This document shows, piece after piece, positions 22,390 to 31,970 of a stretch of DNA of 64,000 nucleotides. Positions within the stretch are counted from its first letter, which is position 1. Each line of letters starts with the position of its first letter. The position numbers and the translations under genes were made by a program. The stretch comes from Dehalococcoidia bacterium (GTDB taxonomy: Bacteria; Chloroflexota; Dehalococcoidia; Plut-88900): the NCBI GenBank assembly GCA_965197645.1, contig OZ240219.1:1248001-1312000 (forward strand). Reading direction: 5' to 3'. Below the pieces are notes generated by a model. It ran no database searches. It was not told the DNA's origin and saw only the letters and a list, made by a program, of their open reading frames with translations.

Positions 22390-23493
22390 TTACTCAGGGG
22401 ACGGGTAAGGGTAGTAGGCCAGCCCCACGGCCTTGAAGAACATCTCGTCCTCGTCGCCTTGCTTAATGTGCAACGCTGCTATGGCCCTCACATACCCCTC
22501 TTTTGCGTCCTGGAGCATAGCCTTCATCTCGGCCCGCATGTTTACCGGCACTTCCAGCAACGCTGTATCGAACATCTCGGTATGTGACCTGATATGGTCG
22601 CCCAGCACCTCTCGGATATCGAGGACCTCATCGAAGTTCAGGGCTTCCGACGAGCCGGCCTCGGCCCTTTCGAAGACCAGCTTGATGGCGGCGTCCCGTT
22701 GCTGCTCCTGTACCAGGATGGACATCTGGTTCAGATGGTCTTCCAGCTCGGCGGCGAGCTTGCTTACGTCTTCGTAGTTGCCCTCCTTGGCCATTGCGGC
22801 CAGTTCGTGGGCCCGGCGGTTGGCCAGCTTGATGTGGACGTCGGCCTCCTTGTAAGAGGATGTGGCCATAGTAAGCTCCACCTTTTCCGTGAACTCCTTC
22901 ACCGGGTAGAGCAGGTCATCGGGCATGCTGTCCGATGAGGCCTTGACCGCGCCCGCGCCGACGAGCACCATTATCAGTACGCTGGCCAGCGCAACGGCGG
23001 CCTTGAAGGACCATCTGCGTCCCAGCAGCCGGGCGATGTAGCCCCCGGGTCCCCTTCGGCCGGGGTAGGATAGGACCCGGGTCAAAGCGGCATCTTTGAA
23101 CTCGGCTCGAGCCTCTACGGCAAACTCCTGCTTCAAGGCCAGTGCAGTCGTCAAGAGGCGTTCCAGGGCTGTGGCGTGGGCGGGATGACGCTTCAGACAC
23201 TGCTCGATGGAGTACCCCTGCTGGAGCAGGTCGATGCACTGGTCTAGAGCGTCCTCCAAACCGCCGTGCGCTTCGTCGTTGCCCAGCTGAATACCGAGAT
23301 ACCGCCGCGTCTCTGATTTCAGTTCAGGGTTCGGTGTGGTGGAGCTGGACGCTATAGCCTGGCTTGCAATTTGAAGGAGGGGCGCCAGTTCTTCTGCGTG
23401 TTCGGGATAGTTGGATAACAACTCTTCAACCGGCTCCCCCAGCAGAAGGCCGTCCAGGCAGTGGTCTAATGCCTCCTCAATCCTCCGGTCCAT
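22390..23493 (-). CDS. Putative membrane anti-sigma factor (duplicated N-terminal domain, TM helix, DUF5667-like domain)
   Basis: Overlaps the ECF sigma stop; two copies of ALD.C.D....G...E..L...P.HA..L..LL; TM helix; SMPDDLLYPVK..TEKV. Confidence 0.8.
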   Translation of the reverse strand: MDRRIEEALDHCLDGLLLGEPVEELLSNYPEHAEELAPLLQIASQAIASSSTTPNPELKSETRRYLGIQLGNDEAHGGLEDALDQCIDLLQQGYSIEQCLKRHPAHATALERLLTTALALKQEFAVEARAEFKDAALTRVLSYPGRRGPGGYIARLLGRRWSFKAAVALASVLIMVLVGAGAVKASSDSMPDDLLYPVKEFTEKVELTMATSSYKEADVHIKLANRRAHELAAMAKEGNYEDVSKLAAELEDHLNQMSILVQEQQRDAAIKLVFERAEAGSSEALNFDEVLDIREVLGDHIRSHTEMFDTALLEVPVNMRAEMKAMLQDAKEGYVRAIAALHIKQGDEDEMFFKAVGLAYYPYPSPE

Positions 23494-24031
23494 CGCCGTA
23501 CTCCGTTGCGAACATCTTCCTCAAGGTCACCAAGGCGCTGTGCTGCGAAGCCTTGACGGCTCCCTCTGTCTTTCCCATAACCTTGGCCGTTTCGGCTATG
23601 GACAGGCCGCCGGCCAATCTGAGGTTCAGGACCTGTTGCTGTGCCTGAGTAAGTCTTTTGATCCCGCCCTTTAGCTTGTCCATGGCAATGTTTATCGTGG
23701 CCCTCTCATGAGGCGAGGGCGCGCTGCTGGGAACCGTGTCCTCTATCGGAGTCGTCTGCCTCTTAGATATCCTGCGCAGATGGTCCACCACCACGTTGTG
23801 AGCGATGCGAAACAGCCAGGCGCCTATGGAAACGCCGCGCCATTGGAAGGACCCGATGGCCTCCAGGGCCTTGAGGAAGACCTCCTCGGTCAGGTCCTCG
23901 GCATCGGGCTGGTTGCCAACCCGCACGGCGATGTATCGATAGATCTTGTCGAAGTACTCTTCGTAAAGAGCTTCGAAGGCCCGATCATCGCCGGCCTGGG
24001 CACTTCTTACTAATCTCTCTTCGCTTTGCAC
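23477..24031 (-). CDS. ECF RNA polymerase sigma factor
   Basis: DAEDLTEEVFLKA, AWLFRIAHN.VVD, LSIAETAKVMGKTEGAVK. Confidence 0.95.
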   Translation of the reverse strand: MQSEERLVRSAQAGDDRAFEALYEEYFDKIYRYIAVRVGNQPDAEDLTEEVFLKALEAIGSFQWRGVSIGAWLFRIAHNVVVDHLRRISKRQTTPIEDTVPSSAPSPHERATINIAMDKLKGGIKRLTQAQQQVLNLRLAGGLSIAETAKVMGKTEGAVKASQHSALVTLRKMFATEYGDGPED

Positions 24032-24126
24032 TAGACAACCCCGTTTCTTTCGGTTGTCTCATCCGGCCGGTCTGCCTAGAACAGACTGATATGATTCGTA
24101 CTGAACTGTTGTCCGTGCAATTAATA

Positions 24127-24153
24127 TAACGTATTTATGGCCGGAAGGGTAAC
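24127..24153 (-). promoter_or_regulatory. Candidate ECF-type autoregulatory promoter
   Basis: GTTACC-N16-CGTTA upstream of the ECF gene; resembles the AAC/CGT bipartite ECF consensus. Confidence 0.5.
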
Positions 24154-24207
24154 CTCCAGGCACTCGTATGATAAAATGGTGACTGTTTTGACCGGCGGGG
24201 GAACTCA

Positions 24208-24867
24208 ATGATAGCGACGGCAACCCACTTCATCGTCAGGCCGATGAAGACCGATGACACCGACCAGGTACTGGAGGTGGAGAGAGACGCGTTCCCCACC
24301 TTATGGCCCCCCACCCCCTTCAAAAGGGAGATGAAAAACAAGCTGGCCCGCTACATCGTGGCCGTGGACGAAGATAGAGTCCGCCCAGAATCGGCTTCGG
24401 ACGGCGTTGGAGCGGGCCTACTCGGATGGGTCCGAGACCTGCGAAGGTTGCTGGTGGACGCCAATCGCGAGACCTCCAGCCGGGATGCCCAGTTCGTCGT
24501 CGGCTACCTGGGCATCTGGTCGATGGTGGACGACGCACACATCGTGGCCGTGGGCGTCAGGGGGCCGTATCGAAGGCTGGGGGTGGGCGAGCTCATGATG
24601 ATCCGGTCGATCGAGATAGCCAGGGAGTGGGGCTCCCGCTCTTTAACACTGGAGGTACGGGTCTCCAACTTCGCCGCTCAGGCGTTGTACGAAAAGTACG
24701 GCTTCAAGAAGGTGGGAGTTCGCAAGCGTTACTACAACGACAACCACGAAGACGCTTACGTGATGACCACCGACCCCATAGGCACGGAGGAATACCAGAG
24801 CCTCTTCGAGCGTCTCAAGCAATCTCACTTCCACCGGCTGGCTATGCAGCTGGCCCCCGAGGGCTAG
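24208..24867 (+). CDS. rimI: Ribosomal protein alanine N-acetyltransferase (GNAT)
   Basis: AHIVAVGV..YRRLGVG, LEVRVSN, LYEKYGF..VGVRKRYY.DNHEDA. Confidence 0.9.
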   Translation: MIATATHFIVRPMKTDDTDQVLEVERDAFPTLWPPTPFKREMKNKLARYIVAVDEDRVRPESASDGVGAGLLGWVRDLRRLLVDANRETSSRDAQFVVGYLGIWSMVDDAHIVAVGVRGPYRRLGVGELMMIRSIEIAREWGSRSLTLEVRVSNFAAQALYEKYGFKKVGVRKRYYNDNHEDAYVMTTDPIGTEEYQSLFERLKQSHFHRLAMQLAPEG

Positions 24868-24918
24868 GTCCTCTGGACACGCCTTCTCCCCGGTACTTTC
24901 CAATGCAACCAACTAACC

Positions 24919-25015
24919 GGGGGTGCAGATGGGAGGCGACCCCCTCTGGCGGAGGGCCGGGGATATCCCCTTGATGTTTTCTTCCCCATTTTCGGGGATA
25001 GCGGGAAAGAGGGTT
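24919..25015. repeat. Degenerate copy of the palindromic intergenic element
   Basis: GGGGGTGCAGA.GGGAGGCGACCCCCTCTGGCGGAGGG..GGGGATATCCCC. Confidence 0.7.
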
Positions 25016-25043
25016 CGATGAGTGCTTTTAGCTGTTTGGAGGT

Positions 25044-26402
25044 ATGTTCATGGCTACTTTAGCCGAGCTTCTAGTTCAGGTAGACCAAGCGCATGACGAG
25101 ATAATCCAGCTCGAACAGGACCTGGTGCGAATCCCGACGGTCAATACTGGCTTCATGCCCACGGGAGACGAGACCAAGGCATGCGAGTTCCTGGAGCGGA
25201 AGCTGGCCGCCGATGGGATCGCCAGTGAGACCCTGGGCCGAGCGCCGGAACGGGGCAACCTGTTCGCCCGGTTGAACGGCGCCAGCGGAAACCCGGTCCT
25301 GCACTACATGTCTCACACCGACGTCGTTCCCGTGGAGACCGAAGCGGAGTGGATATGCGATCCCTTCAGTGCCGAAATCCGGGGCACCCGGCTCTACGGC
25401 CGCGGTGCATCGGACTGCAAGGCGCTGTTGACCTGCCAGGTCATGGCCATGCTCATCCTCAAGCGGGCCGGTGTCCAGCTCTCCGGTGATCTGCTGTTGT
25501 CCACCGGGGCGGACGAGGAGGCGGGGGGAAGATGGGGGTACGGCTGGCTGGCCGAGCACCACCCCGACAAGCTCAAGTCCGATATGGTCATCAACGAGGG
25601 TGGCGGTGAGATCATCAAGCGGGAGGGGGCGCCGGGCATCGCATTCGGCATAGGGGACAAGGGCCGCTTGGAGCTCCACGTCAACGTGAGCGGAGTCCCC
25701 GCCCACGGCTCCACCCCGTGGAACGGTGTGAACGCCATCGGCAACGCACGCCAGGTGCTGGACCGGCTGTTCGCATACCAGCCGGAGCTGGACGTATCCC
25801 TGGAGGTGTTCGGGCATCTGAGAAGCCTGGGAGTGGACGAGGCGCCGACTGTCGGGAACATCGAACGGCTGGCCGAAGAGGTTGAGAAACGGGACAAGCA
25901 GCTGGCCACGCGGATGCGCGGGCTATCCAGGATGACCATTACACCCACCATGATAGGCGGAGGAATCAAGTCAAACTCCATTCCTGCCTCCTGCCTCATC
26001 ACCTGCGATATCCGCACCCTGCCCCACCAGGACCTCGACTATGTGCATCAAGAGGTGGAGAAGATCCTCGAGGGGATACCCGACGTGGAGTTCGACATCG
26101 ATTACACCGCCGTGCCCAGCCTGACACCTTACGACACGCCCTTTGCCGCCCAGGTGCGAGAGGCCAGCGAGATCGCCATGGAGGGCGCCGAGGCGGTGTG
26201 GATTCCCACCTTCAGCACCGGGTTCACCGATTCCCGGTTCGTTCGCCAGATGGGCATCCCTACCTACGGGTTTCAGCTTTCGCACCCCGAGGATGACCCC
26301 GACCTCTCAAATATCCACGGCACCAACGAGTCCATCGACATCCGCAGCCTAATCCTCGGCACCAAGATGCTGGTCGCTTTGGCTTACAACGTGCTGACCT
26401 GA
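25044..26402 (+). CDS. M20/M25/M40 family metallopeptidase (ArgE/DapE-like)
   Basis: SHTDVVP, GRGASDCK, ADEEAG, NEGG, GFTDSR, HGTNE. Confidence 0.92.
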   Translation: MFMATLAELLVQVDQAHDEIIQLEQDLVRIPTVNTGFMPTGDETKACEFLERKLAADGIASETLGRAPERGNLFARLNGASGNPVLHYMSHTDVVPVETEAEWICDPFSAEIRGTRLYGRGASDCKALLTCQVMAMLILKRAGVQLSGDLLLSTGADEEAGGRWGYGWLAEHHPDKLKSDMVINEGGGEIIKREGAPGIAFGIGDKGRLELHVNVSGVPAHGSTPWNGVNAIGNARQVLDRLFAYQPELDVSLEVFGHLRSLGVDEAPTVGNIERLAEEVEKRDKQLATRMRGLSRMTITPTMIGGGIKSNSIPASCLITCDIRTLPHQDLDYVHQEVEKILEGIPDVEFDIDYTAVPSLTPYDTPFAAQVREASEIAMEGAEAVWIPTFSTGFTDSRFVRQMGIPTYGFQLSHPEDDPDLSNIHGTNESIDIRSLILGTKMLVALAYNVLT

Positions 26403-26436
26403 TCCTCATGAGGCACAGGTTCGAGGCGAGACCATC

Positions 26437-27369
26437 TTGATCACCGTCCTGGCAGGCGGCGTGGGCGCGGCCCGCTTTCTACAGGGTTTGGTGCAGGTCG
26501 TAGACCCACAGGAGGTCACCGTTATCGTCAACACCGGCGATGACGTGGTGCTTCACGGGCTATACATCTCCCCCGACGTCGATACCGTGACCTACACGCT
26601 GGCCGGCCTCTCCGACGAGGAGCGGGGGTGGGGGGTCAAGGACGAGTCTTTCCGTACCCTCTCCGTCTTGAAACAGCTGGGCCGTAACACCTGGTTCAAC
26701 CTGGGTGATCGGGACATGGCCCTCCACATACACCGTACCGATCTGATGAGGTCGGGGAAGTCCCTGTCGGAGGTGACGGCCCAGGTTGCGTCCATCTTCG
26801 GCGTCCGGTGCAGCATACTGCCTATGAGCGACCAGAGGGTCGAGACCCGGGTTGTCACCGAGGCCGGAGACCTGGGTTTCCAGGAGTACCTGGTCAAACG
26901 CGGCGCCCGGGACGAAGTGAAGGAATTGAGGTTCGCAGGCGCGGAGTACGCTCGACCCGCGCCAAACGTCATCGAGGCCATAGACGCGGCCGACGGAATC
27001 GTCATCGCGCCCAGCAATCCTCTCATCAGCATTGGCCCTATTTTCGCCGTGGAGGGTGTCAGGGATGCTCTAGTCGGCTGCGGTGCTCCCGTCGCCGCCA
27101 TCAGCCCGATAGTCGACGGGGCTGCCATCAAGGGGCCGGCCGCCGACATGATGCGAGGTCTGGGCATGGAAGTCAGCGCCTGGAAGGTCGCCGAGCTTTA
27201 TAACGATCTTCTGGACACGTTCATCCTGGATAACGTTGACGCCGACCAGGTTGAAAGGGTACGGGCCCTCGGGCTGGAACCTGTCGTTACCGATACAATC
27301 ATGACCGACATAGGCAAGAAGACGGCCCTTGCTCGGACGTGCCTGGAAGCCATGGGGCTGGCAGGGTGA
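26437..27369 (+). CDS. cofD: 2-phospho-L-lactate transferase (F420 biosynthesis)
   Basis: LAGGVGAARF, NTGDD, PDVDTV.Y.L, WF.LGDRD, FQEY, PSNP..SIGP, KGPA. Confidence 0.96.
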   Translation: MITVLAGGVGAARFLQGLVQVVDPQEVTVIVNTGDDVVLHGLYISPDVDTVTYTLAGLSDEERGWGVKDESFRTLSVLKQLGRNTWFNLGDRDMALHIHRTDLMRSGKSLSEVTAQVASIFGVRCSILPMSDQRVETRVVTEAGDLGFQEYLVKRGARDEVKELRFAGAEYARPAPNVIEAIDAADGIVIAPSNPLISIGPIFAVEGVRDALVGCGAPVAAISPIVDGAAIKGPAADMMRGLGMEVSAWKVAELYNDLLDTFILDNVDADQVERVRALGLEPVVTDTIMTDIGKKTALARTCLEAMGLAG

Positions 27370-28043
27370 CGACCGTCGGGCTGGTGCCTGTCAAAGGGCT
27401 GTCCAAGGCGCCCCTGAGCCGGCTGGCTTCGCTGCTGAACGAGGAGGAGCGAGGCCGGTTGTCGCTGACCATGCTCCGGGATGTTCTCACCGTCCTGACC
27501 GGCGTGGACGGGTTTGAAGGTCTCGTGGCGGTCACCCGCGACCCAACGGTCCGGGAGATCGCCGAGAGCCACCGTATCCGGGTTATCGAAGAGCCGGTCA
27601 ATATAGTAGGTGAAGGGCCCGCAGTTGACTACGGCGCCGGCGTCCTCGCCGGCGAGGGTGTCGAGGGCGTGTTGATCGTCCCGTCGGACCTGCCTCTGGT
27701 CGATCGGTCCGATATAGAGACCCTGCTGGACGTCGATATCGGGTCTCCGTCCGTGGTGATGGCCCCCTCCGACGATGGTGGGACCAACGCCTTGTTGAAA
27801 AGACCCCCCGATGCCGTCCCCTCCCGCTTCGGTCCCGACAGTCTGCCCCTGCACATTCGAGAGGCCGAGTCCCGGGGCATCCCGTATCGTGTCATACCCC
27901 TGCCGTCCTTCACGACGGATATAGACTCACCGGAGGACCTGCTCCAATTCCTCGATACTCCCGGCGCCACCCTCACCTCCTCGCTGGTCGAGCAGATGGG
28001 TTTGAGGGAGAGGTTGAAGGGGGGAGGCCGCAAGGTCTCCTGA
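27366..28043 (+). CDS. cofC: 2-phospho-L-lactate/PEP guanylyltransferase (F420 biosynthesis)
   Basis: VPVK....SRL, ML.DVL, SDLP, GGTNAL, FG.DS...H, DIDSPEDL; GTGA overlap with the cofD stop. Confidence 0.93.
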   Translation: MTTVGLVPVKGLSKAPLSRLASLLNEEERGRLSLTMLRDVLTVLTGVDGFEGLVAVTRDPTVREIAESHRIRVIEEPVNIVGEGPAVDYGAGVLAGEGVEGVLIVPSDLPLVDRSDIETLLDVDIGSPSVVMAPSDDGGTNALLKRPPDAVPSRFGPDSLPLHIREAESRGIPYRVIPLPSFTTDIDSPEDLLQFLDTPGATLTSSLVEQMGLRERLKGGGRKVS

Positions 28044-28174
28044 TGTCATCCATCCCGTTGGTCATTACGATGCTCAGACAGAAGCCTGCCCCTCCGATGC
28101 TATAATCGTTCCGTCCCGGCCCGGAAGCCGGTGAACTACCGCTACAAGAACGGTTTGAGCAGCTAGCGTCTAAT

Positions 28175-29152
28175 ATGAAAGCCCTTATACTCGCTCCCTT
28201 CGATGCCCTGTGTCTGCAAGAGCTCCAGAATCGGATCGAGGTGATCCACGAAAGCTGGCTGGAGACGAAGCGGCTGTACGATCCGGAAGACCTGGCGGAC
28301 AGGCTCCATCGTGAGGAGATAGAGATACTGGTGGTGGAGGCCGATTTCGTCCTGGAGGAGGTGTTCGAAGGAGCGCCCAGCCTGAGATTTGTCGGCATCT
28401 GCCGGAACGCCACAGGACAGATAGACATGGACAGCGCCACCGAGCGGGGAGTACTGGTGGTCAACACACCTGCCCGCAACTCCAACGCCGTCGCGGAGCT
28501 GGTCATAGGGCTGATGATGTCGTTGGCCCGCCGGATATCCACGGCTCACAACCGGGTTGTGTCCGGCTGCTGGAAAGATCCCGTGTCTCCCTACCTGGAG
28601 CTTCGAGGGACGGAACTGGCGGGCAAGACCCTGGGAGTCGTCGGTCTGGGCTCCATCGGCTCGATGCTGGCAAAAAAGGCGGCGGCTTTGGACATGGAAA
28701 TGATCGCTCACGATCCCTACGTGGCTCCCGAGACCAGCGCGATCAGATTGACCGGATTGCAGGAGCTGCTGAGGATATCCGACTTCGTTAGCCTGCACCT
28801 GCCTGGTGCGCCGGAGGTTGAGGGTCTGATAGGTCGGGACGAGATGAAGGCCATGAAGCCCACGGCATATCTGTTGAACACCTCCAATCCGCAGGCCATT
28901 GACGAGGGTTCCCTGGTTGAGGCGCTGTCCAACGGCGAGATAGCCGGCGCCGGGCTGGACGTTTATCAGAGCGCTCCCCTCCCTCCCGATCACCCCCTGC
29001 TCGCCTTGGAGAACGTGGTGCTGACTCCCCACATAGGAGGCGCCACCGACGATACGGTGGCAAGACACTCCCGGATGATGAAGGAGGCCATCTTCAGCTT
29101 CCTGGATGGTGTACGTCCCGACAACTTGGTGAACCCGGTGGCCTGGAAATAG
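28175..29152 (+). CDS. D-isomer-specific 2-hydroxyacid dehydrogenase family protein with atypical catalytic residues
   Basis: NTP.RN..AVAE, EL.GKTLG.VGLGSIG, TPHIGG; NTSN replaces NxxR and DVYQSAP replaces DVxxxEP; TGnTATAAT at 28098-28106. Confidence 0.88.
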   Translation: MKALILAPFDALCLQELQNRIEVIHESWLETKRLYDPEDLADRLHREEIEILVVEADFVLEEVFEGAPSLRFVGICRNATGQIDMDSATERGVLVVNTPARNSNAVAELVIGLMMSLARRISTAHNRVVSGCWKDPVSPYLELRGTELAGKTLGVVGLGSIGSMLAKKAAALDMEMIAHDPYVAPETSAIRLTGLQELLRISDFVSLHLPGAPEVEGLIGRDEMKAMKPTAYLLNTSNPQAIDEGSLVEALSNGEIAGAGLDVYQSAPLPPDHPLLALENVVLTPHIGGATDDTVARHSRMMKEAIFSFLDGVRPDNLVNPVAWK

Positions 29153-29169
29153 GACGGCCCGCATGTGCC

Positions 29170-29292
29170 TGGTAGATTGATGAACGATGGGGTGTGCAGG
29201 GGGGCGAAGCCCCTTTGCCAGGAGTCTGAGGGTGTCCCCCAGATACGAATTTTCCCTCCTCCCCGGCTGGGGATGGGGACGGGGGGAGGGTA
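29170..29292. repeat. Palindromic intergenic element
   Basis: GGGGTGTGCAGGGGGGCGAAGCCCCTTTGCCAGGAGTCTGAGGGTGTCCCCCAGA, close to the reverse complement of 2280-2353. Confidence 0.85.
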
Positions 29293-29316
29293 GGACCCGT
29301 TAGAAATCGGTATCTT

Positions 29317-30786
29317 ATGGCCCTCGATATGGGGACCAGTAGCGTCAAATGCCTGATCGTCGACACCGACGGCACGACTCGAGCCATTACCCGCCGCCAA
29401 GTCTCCTACGAAACCCCGGAGGGGTTGACGCCACTGGCCAGGGAGTTCTCGCCGAACGAGGTCTGGGATACGGCCTGTCTTCTGATCAGGGAGGCTCTCG
29501 ACCGGGCCGGGCTGATGGCCGAGGAGATTGCCGCCATCAGCGCCACCAGCCAACGGCAGGGAATGGTCGCCCTGGATAAGGGCGGAAGTGAGCTCTACGC
29601 CGGCCCGAACCGAGATGTTCGAGCCTTCTTCGAGGGGATGGCCCTGGACGGAGACCACAGCGATGAGATATACGCCGTCACGGGTCACCTGCCGTCCTTC
29701 CTGTTCGCGCCGGCCAAGATGTCCTGGCTCAAAGCTCACCGCCCCGATGTTTACGAAAAGGTCAGCAAGGTGCTGCCCATCAGCGGCTGGCTCACCTTCA
29801 AGCTCAGTGGAGAGACTGAGTGCGAACGCTCCGCTATGGGTGAGATTGGTCTGGTCAACGTGAGCACCGGCGAGCCGGACGCATCACGGATAGAAAACGG
29901 TTCGCTGATAGCGGGGCTCGGTACGGCGGGTGAAGTGGTCTGCGAAGTCACGTCACTGGCGGCATCGGAGACCGGACTTCCACAGGGGCTTCCCGTCGTG
30001 CTGGGAGGCCCCGATACCCAGTGCGGCCTGCTGGGTATGTCGGTTACTTCACCGGGGCAGTTGGGTATACTTACGGGGTGGAGCGCTCCTCTGCAGATGG
30101 TGACTTCAGAGCCTGTATTCGACCCTCGAAGGAGGACATGGACCGGCTGCCATCTGCTTCCAGGGCGCCGGGTGATTGAGAGCAACACCACCGAAGCCGG
30201 AGGCTCTCTGGACTGGATAAATCGTATATTGAGCATGACAGACGGGACCGATAATGGGCAGGCGGAAGGCCTCGCTCTCGGCGCGGACCAGGCGGTGGTG
30301 TTCCTGGGTCCGAGGATAATGAACTGTAGCAGCATGGGCCTGCAGCTGGGGGGCATGCTGTTTCCCGTGCCCGTAGCTCAGAGCGGCCTGAACGGCCCCG
30401 ACCTGTACAAAGCGGCCCTTGAAAATCTGGCCTTCGCCATAAGGGGAAACCACTGCCAGATAGAGGAGATAGTAGGGTCGGAGGTCTCGGAGGTCTGGCT
30501 GAGCGGTGGAGTCGCCAACATTCCCGCCTTTCCGCAGCTCATTGCAGACTCGTTGAACAGAGAAGTCAGCGTGCCGATCACCAGGGACTCGAGCCTCCTC
30601 GGCGCTGCCATCTGCGCCGCCGTCGGTGTGGGGGCTTACCAATCGCTTGAAGAGGCGGCGGTAGCTATGAGAGGCGAATACTCAACCCTCGTTCCGGATC
30701 CGGACGCCGCCGACGCGCTGGACCAGAGGTATCATAAGTGGCTCTCCATTTACGAGGAGTTGGAGAAGCTATCCGAGGCGCTGTGA
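29317..30786 (+). CDS. FGGY family carbohydrate kinase (YoaC/LsrK-like)
   Basis: LDMGTSS, ATSQRQG..GPNRD.R, GGPDTQCG, TGWS, SGG, LGAA; in-frame RYL just upstream of the ATG makes the 5' end uncertain next to the repeat. Confidence 0.9.
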   Translation: MALDMGTSSVKCLIVDTDGTTRAITRRQVSYETPEGLTPLAREFSPNEVWDTACLLIREALDRAGLMAEEIAAISATSQRQGMVALDKGGSELYAGPNRDVRAFFEGMALDGDHSDEIYAVTGHLPSFLFAPAKMSWLKAHRPDVYEKVSKVLPISGWLTFKLSGETECERSAMGEIGLVNVSTGEPDASRIENGSLIAGLGTAGEVVCEVTSLAASETGLPQGLPVVLGGPDTQCGLLGMSVTSPGQLGILTGWSAPLQMVTSEPVFDPRRRTWTGCHLLPGRRVIESNTTEAGGSLDWINRILSMTDGTDNGQAEGLALGADQAVVFLGPRIMNCSSMGLQLGGMLFPVPVAQSGLNGPDLYKAALENLAFAIRGNHCQIEEIVGSEVSEVWLSGGVANIPAFPQLIADSLNREVSVPITRDSSLLGAAICAAVGVGAYQSLEEAAVAMRGEYSTLVPDPDAADALDQRYHKWLSIYEELEKLSEAL

Positions 30787-31469
30787 TGGGATGGCAGAGG
30801 CAAAAAGAGGAGGTGGTACGGGCCGCTGGAAAGCTGCTGGAGCGGGGCCTTGTAACCGCGACCAGCGGCAACGTCAGTGTGAGGCTGCCAACGAAAGACG
30901 GGCGGCTTCCCACGAACGACGATGGGCAGCTGTTCGCTATCACTCCCAGCGGCGTTCCCTATGAGGATATGAAGACCGAGGACATTATAGTGATCGATAG
31001 CGACGTTGACGTAATCGAGGGCGAAGGTGTGCCGTCCAGCGAGTCCCTCACCCATGTCGCCGTCTACGAGGCGCGGAGCGATGTCCGCTGTGTCATTCAT
31101 ACCCATTCCCTGTACGCCAGCGTGCTCGCCGTGGCAGCGGTCGATCTTCCGCCCATCATAGACGAGATGGTGGTGTATCTCGGTGGGCCGGTAAAGGTAG
31201 CCGAGTACGGGTTCCCCAGCACAGAGGAGCTGGGAGAGAAGACTGTGGCCGCCCTGGAAGACCGGAACGCGGTGCTGATCAGAAACCACGGGGTGGTGAG
31301 CACCGGTACCGGTGTATTCGAAGCCATGAGAGCCAGCGAGCTGGTGGAACGGGCGGCCCACATCTTCGTCGAGGCCAGGGCGTTCGGCCGCGTCCAGGAG
31401 CTTCCAGCCCCCGCGGTGGAGGCGGAGCGCCAGATATTCAAGATGCAACAACATATCGCCCAGGAGTAA
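30786..31469 (+). CDS. Class II aldolase/adducin family protein (FucA-like)
   Basis: TSGNVS, ITPSG, PSSE...H, HTHS, NHG; TGATG coupling to the kinase. Confidence 0.93.
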   Translation: MGWQRQKEEVVRAAGKLLERGLVTATSGNVSVRLPTKDGRLPTNDDGQLFAITPSGVPYEDMKTEDIIVIDSDVDVIEGEGVPSSESLTHVAVYEARSDVRCVIHTHSLYASVLAVAAVDLPPIIDEMVVYLGGPVKVAEYGFPSTEELGEKTVAALEDRNAVLIRNHGVVSTGTGVFEAMRASELVERAAHIFVEARAFGRVQELPAPAVEAERQIFKMQQHIAQE

Positions 31470-31475
31470 TCGTAC

Positions 31476-31838
31476 ATGGTTACCGTTCCCGGATTTCTAC
31501 TACGCAGGCTCTACGTCAAGGGTAGCCTGTCCAACAGCCCGGAGGGGGTCCGGTTCCAGCTGAAGAACTCGCTGGGCTCCGGCTACGCCAAAGCCATGCT
31601 GCCCGTGTCCATCGATGGGAAGGAGCAGCCGTTGGAAGACGCCGTCTTTCTCGTGGACGGAGTCGAGACCACCTTTTCAGAGGTGACCGATACAAACACC
31701 TTTACCATCGGCATGAACAAGACCATCGAAATCCTGGTGAAGGGGGCGTCCCTGGACACGGGGGGCCATAAGGTAGGCATGGGATTCGTAGTACCGGGAC
31801 TGGGCGCCCTCAAGTTCGAGGTCAAGGACCAAGTCTAG
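31476..31838 (+). CDS. Conserved hypothetical small beta-rich protein
   Basis: 120 aa, AGGAG RBS, 6 nt after the aldolase; VPGFLLRRLYVKGSL.N...G..FQLKN.L motif. Confidence 0.8.
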   Translation: MVTVPGFLLRRLYVKGSLSNSPEGVRFQLKNSLGSGYAKAMLPVSIDGKEQPLEDAVFLVDGVETTFSEVTDTNTFTIGMNKTIEILVKGASLDTGGHKVGMGFVVPGLGALKFEVKDQV

Positions 31839-31970
31839 AGGGCTTCGCCCCTCTGGACGTCCACGCACCCGTCCAGTATTAACCCCACCCCGGGTTGTTT
31901 TACCCGCCCTCCCGCCCTGGATTGCATCCACCGGCTCCCCTCCCCAAGATTTTGCCAATCTTCCCACGCT
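31836..31970. repeat. Palindromic intergenic element between convergent genes
   Basis: AGAGGGCTTCGCCCTCT hairpin plus CCCACCC..GGTTGTTTT..CCCTCCC..GGATTGCATCC, the reverse complement of the modules at about 2370-2425 and 37450-37500. Confidence 0.75.
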
